Assembly (NCBI GenBank): GCA_963796275.1
Contig: CAWCKY010000002.1
Coordinates: 128,001-192,000 of the forward strand
Source: an uncultured Acidobacteriota bacterium
Lineage (GTDB): Bacteria > Acidobacteriota > Blastocatellia > RBC074
Length of the DNA stretch: 64,000 bases
Reading direction: 5' to 3'
The stretch's first letter is position 1, and each line of letters opens with the position of its first letter. The notes below the pieces were generated by a model. The model was given only the letters and a program-made list of their open reading frames with translations. It did not search any database and was not told the DNA's origin. Positions 60,970 through 64,000 of the stretch are shown in pieces. The position numbers and the translations under genes were made by a program.

Positions 60970-62443
60970 ATGCCCCAGGTTATGCGCTCAATGCTGCTGC
61001 GCTACGGGACTTCAGTTTTGGCCGTAGTGCTTGCCTTGCTACTCACACTCCTGCTCAAGCCGCTGCTGGAACATGGTATCTTCGTGCTGTTTTTACCAGC
61101 CGTGATGGTGGGCGCCTGGTATGGAGGTCTGGGATCAGGTCTTCTCGCCACTCTCCTATCTGTCCTGTCCATCGACTACTTCTTGCTATCCCCACCCGGA
61201 AGGCTGACTCCAGGTTGGAGCGATATCCCGCAGCTGGCCATCTTTGTGTTGATCGCGGTCTTGATTAACTGGCTCGACGAAGCGCGTCATCGAGCCGAGG
61301 AAAGGTTGCGCGAAAGCGAGGCTCGCTACCGCGTCGTGGCCGAATCAGCAATTGATGCCGTCGTTTCCGCTGACAGCGCGGGCAGAATTATCTCCTGGAA
61401 TAGAGCGGCACAGCACATGTTTCTATTCACAGAAGATGAGGTGTTGGGCCGCCCGCTAACTATGATCATGCCCGGAACGCTATCGACAAGCTCATCAGCA
61501 AGGTTGGGAGCGATATCGGCGCACCGGCATTCAGCACATCATGGGGAGAGCGGTGGAACTGCATGGACTGAGAAAGGATGGCAGCGAATTCCCATTAGAG
61601 CTGTCCTTATCGTCTTGGGAAACAGAACGTGGCGTATTGTTCAGTGGGATCATCCGCGATATCACCGAGCGCAAGCGAAATGACCAAGCGCTGCGCGCGC
61701 TCTCTGACTCGCTCAAGAAGAGCGATGAGCTGAAGTCAGCCTTGCTCGCCTCGGTCTCCCACGACCTGCGATCCCCGCTCACTTCAATCCGCGCCGCGGC
61801 CGACAGCTTACTCAACCGGGATTTAACTTTGGATCCGGCCACACTTCACGAGCTTCACCTCATCGTCAGCGAGGGAGTCAGCCGCCTGACGCGATTGGTC
61901 GAGGACCTGCTGGCGATGGCTAGAGTTGAAGCGGGCGCTCTACACCTATCTATGCAGTGGGCATCACCCGAGGAGATATGCAGCGATGTGCTCGACCGCT
62001 GTGCCACCGAACTTCGCGACCACAGGGTGAGCGTCGAGTGTGCTGAAGACTTGCCTTCAGTCAAGGTCGATCCGCGGCTGGTGGCAGAGGCCCTGACTCA
62101 CCTGGTCGAGAACGCAGCCAAGTATTCGCCGAGAGGCAGTGAAATTACCGTGCGGGCGCAATTCCGGGGTGATGAACTCCTGATGAGCGCCACGGATCAG
62201 GGGCCGGGGATCGCTCCGGAGGAGAGGGAGCGCATCTTTGACAAGTTCTACCGCAGCACTCTTCGGTCTACGCAACAGAGCGATGGAACGGGGATGGGGC
62301 TGGCCATCGCCCGTGGGATTATCGAGGCGCACGGAGGAAGAATCTGGGTGGAGAGTACGCCGAACAGGGGAGCCACTTTCACCTTTGCGTTGCTGGCAGA
62401 GCATAAGACAGAACCCAGAGAGGCCGGTAACAAACCATGGTGA
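60970..62443 (+). pseudogene. Sensor histidine kinase (DUF4118 TM + PAS + KdpD-like HisKA/HATPase) split by a +1 frameshift
   Basis: Removing one C from ATGCCCGGA (about 61472) restores MPERYRQAHQQGWERYRRTGIQHIMGRAVELHGLRKDGSEFP. H-box SHDLRSPL, NAAKYS, DQGPGI, GTGMGL. Confidence 0.85.
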
Positions 62444-62461
62444 GAAATTCGATCACTCCGC

Positions 62462-63901
62462 CTATTCGATGAGGGTCTCAATCATTGTTTGAATCATGCG
62501 GATGAGTGGCGCTGGATAGACTCCCAGCCACACCAGCAAAAAGGTCAGCCCGGCCAGCGCTATGCTCCCTGCAAGCGATAAAGATGGAACAGCAACTGAA
62601 ATCTCTCTGGTTGTATCTCTATACATAGCGACCACGATGCGCAGGTAATAGTAGAGCCCGATGGCGCTGTTCGATATCAAGATGATGACTAACAACCAGA
62701 GAGCCGACCCGGTGCCGGCGGCCAGGACGTAAAATTTCCCTACAAACCCGGCGGTCAGTGGGAGGCCCGCCAATGAGAGCAACGACGCAATGAAGATGCT
62801 GGCCAACCAGGGCCGGCGCCAGAGCAGCCCCCGGAAATCATCCATAGTATCTGCATCGCGTTCCGGCCCGGACAACACAGTGATGACGCCGAAGGCGCTC
62901 AAGGTCGTCACGAAATATGCTACGAGATAGAAGGTCACGGCCGTCGCCCCCCTCCTCTCTCCTGCCAGAAAAGCGACGAGTAAGTAACCGAGGTGCGCGA
63001 TAGATGAGTAGGCCAGAATCCGTTTGACATTATTTTGCATCAAGGCCAGCAGGTTGCCGACGAACATCGAGGCGATAGCAATGAGGGTGAAGGCCAGATA
63101 TAACGAACCAGAGGCCTGTATCCTAATTTCAGTGAAGTACCGCAACAAGATGGCAAATACCGCCCCCTTAGATACGGTCGCGACGAAAGCGGCCACCGGT
63201 GCAGGAGCGCCCTCGTACACATCCGGCGTCCACATATGAAATGGCACCACCGCCAACTTGAATCCAGCGCCGATGACAATCATTGCCAGACCTGCCAGGA
63301 ACATCTCCTGGTTAGTACTACTACTCAGGCTTTCCGACGGCATCCGAGCGAACTCCAGCGTCCCAAGATCGGCGTAGACCAGTGCCATGCCAAAGAGTAA
63401 AAATGCGGCCGAGACCGCCGCCAGGATCAGGTACTTGATCCCGGCTTCGATACTTCGCTCGCTGGTCCCCAAGTAGGCGATCAGGGCATAAAGAGCCACG
63501 CTGAGTGTCTCCAGACCGAGAAAGAAAGAGACGAAATGGCTGCTCGCAACCAACACTGCCGAGCCCAGGGTCACCAGGAGTAATAGAAGATAGAACTCCT
63601 CAGGATTATCTTGGCGCCTCGCGAGATAGCCATAAGACAGCAAAGCTACAAAAAAACTAGCTGCAAGGAGCAAGCCAATATAGAAGAGCGCATAACTGTC
63701 GAGAACCAGAAGCGGCGTTATTTGGCGTGGTACTTTAGCTGACACAAGTGGGAGCATAATGAATGCCAGGGCGAGTCCGATCAGCGTTATGACGGCTGTA
63801 ATTCTATGATTACGATAGAAAGCGATCACCAGCAGGAGCGCGACAGAGGCAACAGCTACCACAATCAGAGGTAACAGAGCGACTAAATCGCCGGAGGTCA
63901 T
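62462..63901 (-). CDS. nuoN: NADH-quinone oxidoreductase subunit N
   Basis: EAGIKYLIL; FKLAVVPFHMWTPDVYEGAP; KRILAYSSIAHLGY; SLAGLPLTAGFVGK; YYYLR. Confidence 0.93.
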   Translation of the reverse strand: MTSGDLVALLPLIVVAVASVALLLVIAFYRNHRITAVITLIGLALAFIMLPLVSAKVPRQITPLLVLDSYALFYIGLLLAASFFVALLSYGYLARRQDNPEEFYLLLLLVTLGSAVLVASSHFVSFFLGLETLSVALYALIAYLGTSERSIEAGIKYLILAAVSAAFLLFGMALVYADLGTLEFARMPSESLSSSTNQEMFLAGLAMIVIGAGFKLAVVPFHMWTPDVYEGAPAPVAAFVATVSKGAVFAILLRYFTEIRIQASGSLYLAFTLIAIASMFVGNLLALMQNNVKRILAYSSIAHLGYLLVAFLAGERRGATAVTFYLVAYFVTTLSAFGVITVLSGPERDADTMDDFRGLLWRRPWLASIFIASLLSLAGLPLTAGFVGKFYVLAAGTGSALWLLVIILISNSAIGLYYYLRIVVAMYRDTTREISVAVPSLSLAGSIALAGLTFLLVWLGVYPAPLIRMIQTMIETLIE

Positions 63902-64000
63902 GGCTTACCTCCGTGATCCGATTTGCCGGATCGTGTTGCCATCATCAAGTCTCTTTGAGATAAACCGGAGCTACTCGCAGTTCCCTGCACCCTGACTGGA
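63898..64000 (-). CDS. 3' end of the upstream gene, probably nuoM (partial)
   Basis: Open frame ...SDHGGKP* ends in an ATGA overlap with the nuoN start. Identity inferred only from the usual gene order. Confidence 0.5.
   Translation of the reverse strand, partial: PVRVQGTASSSGLSQRDLMMATRSGKSDHGGKP

Overview
Chromosomal accessory region from a moderately GC-rich bacterium, most likely Acidobacteriota (Oar-type TonB-dependent receptor, SBBP and TIGR03118 proteins, a remnant of an ADOP-type permease; lineage is an inference). 543-31258 is almost entirely minus-strand. It holds an AcrAB-type RND pump followed by a secreted protein with protein-kinase-like motifs, a PLD, a GC-rich YdeP/FdhF oxidoreductase plus small-channel cassette, a porin, an MdtABC-OMF pump, Dps, and a Tat-exported PaoABC-like molybdoenzyme with an FdnI-type cytochrome b. 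31.3-35.7 kb has sigma-54 promoters, a duplicated 42-nt periodic repeat, a FecR-like protein with a (GFH)n tail and a PQQ beta-propeller protein. 35.8-39.3 kb is a mosaic of gene fragments including an IS200/IS605 tnpA remnant. The best candidate for an undescribed system is 40035-51201: AraC, TonB-dependent receptor, split QuiC1/QsuB-like dehydroshikimate dehydratase, secreted PQQ dehydrogenase, signal-peptide-bearing type II dehydroquinase, ThuA-like protein, pentaheme cytochrome c and an NAD-type quinate/shikimate dehydrogenase. This looks like a PUL-style, largely periplasmic quinate/shikimate utilisation locus. The window ends with YcaQ, a GHL10 hydrolase, a truncated MscS, a FUSC protein, a frameshifted sensor kinase and nuoN. 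No rRNA, tRNA or CRISPR array was seen. All family calls come from motif recognition by eye, not database searches.
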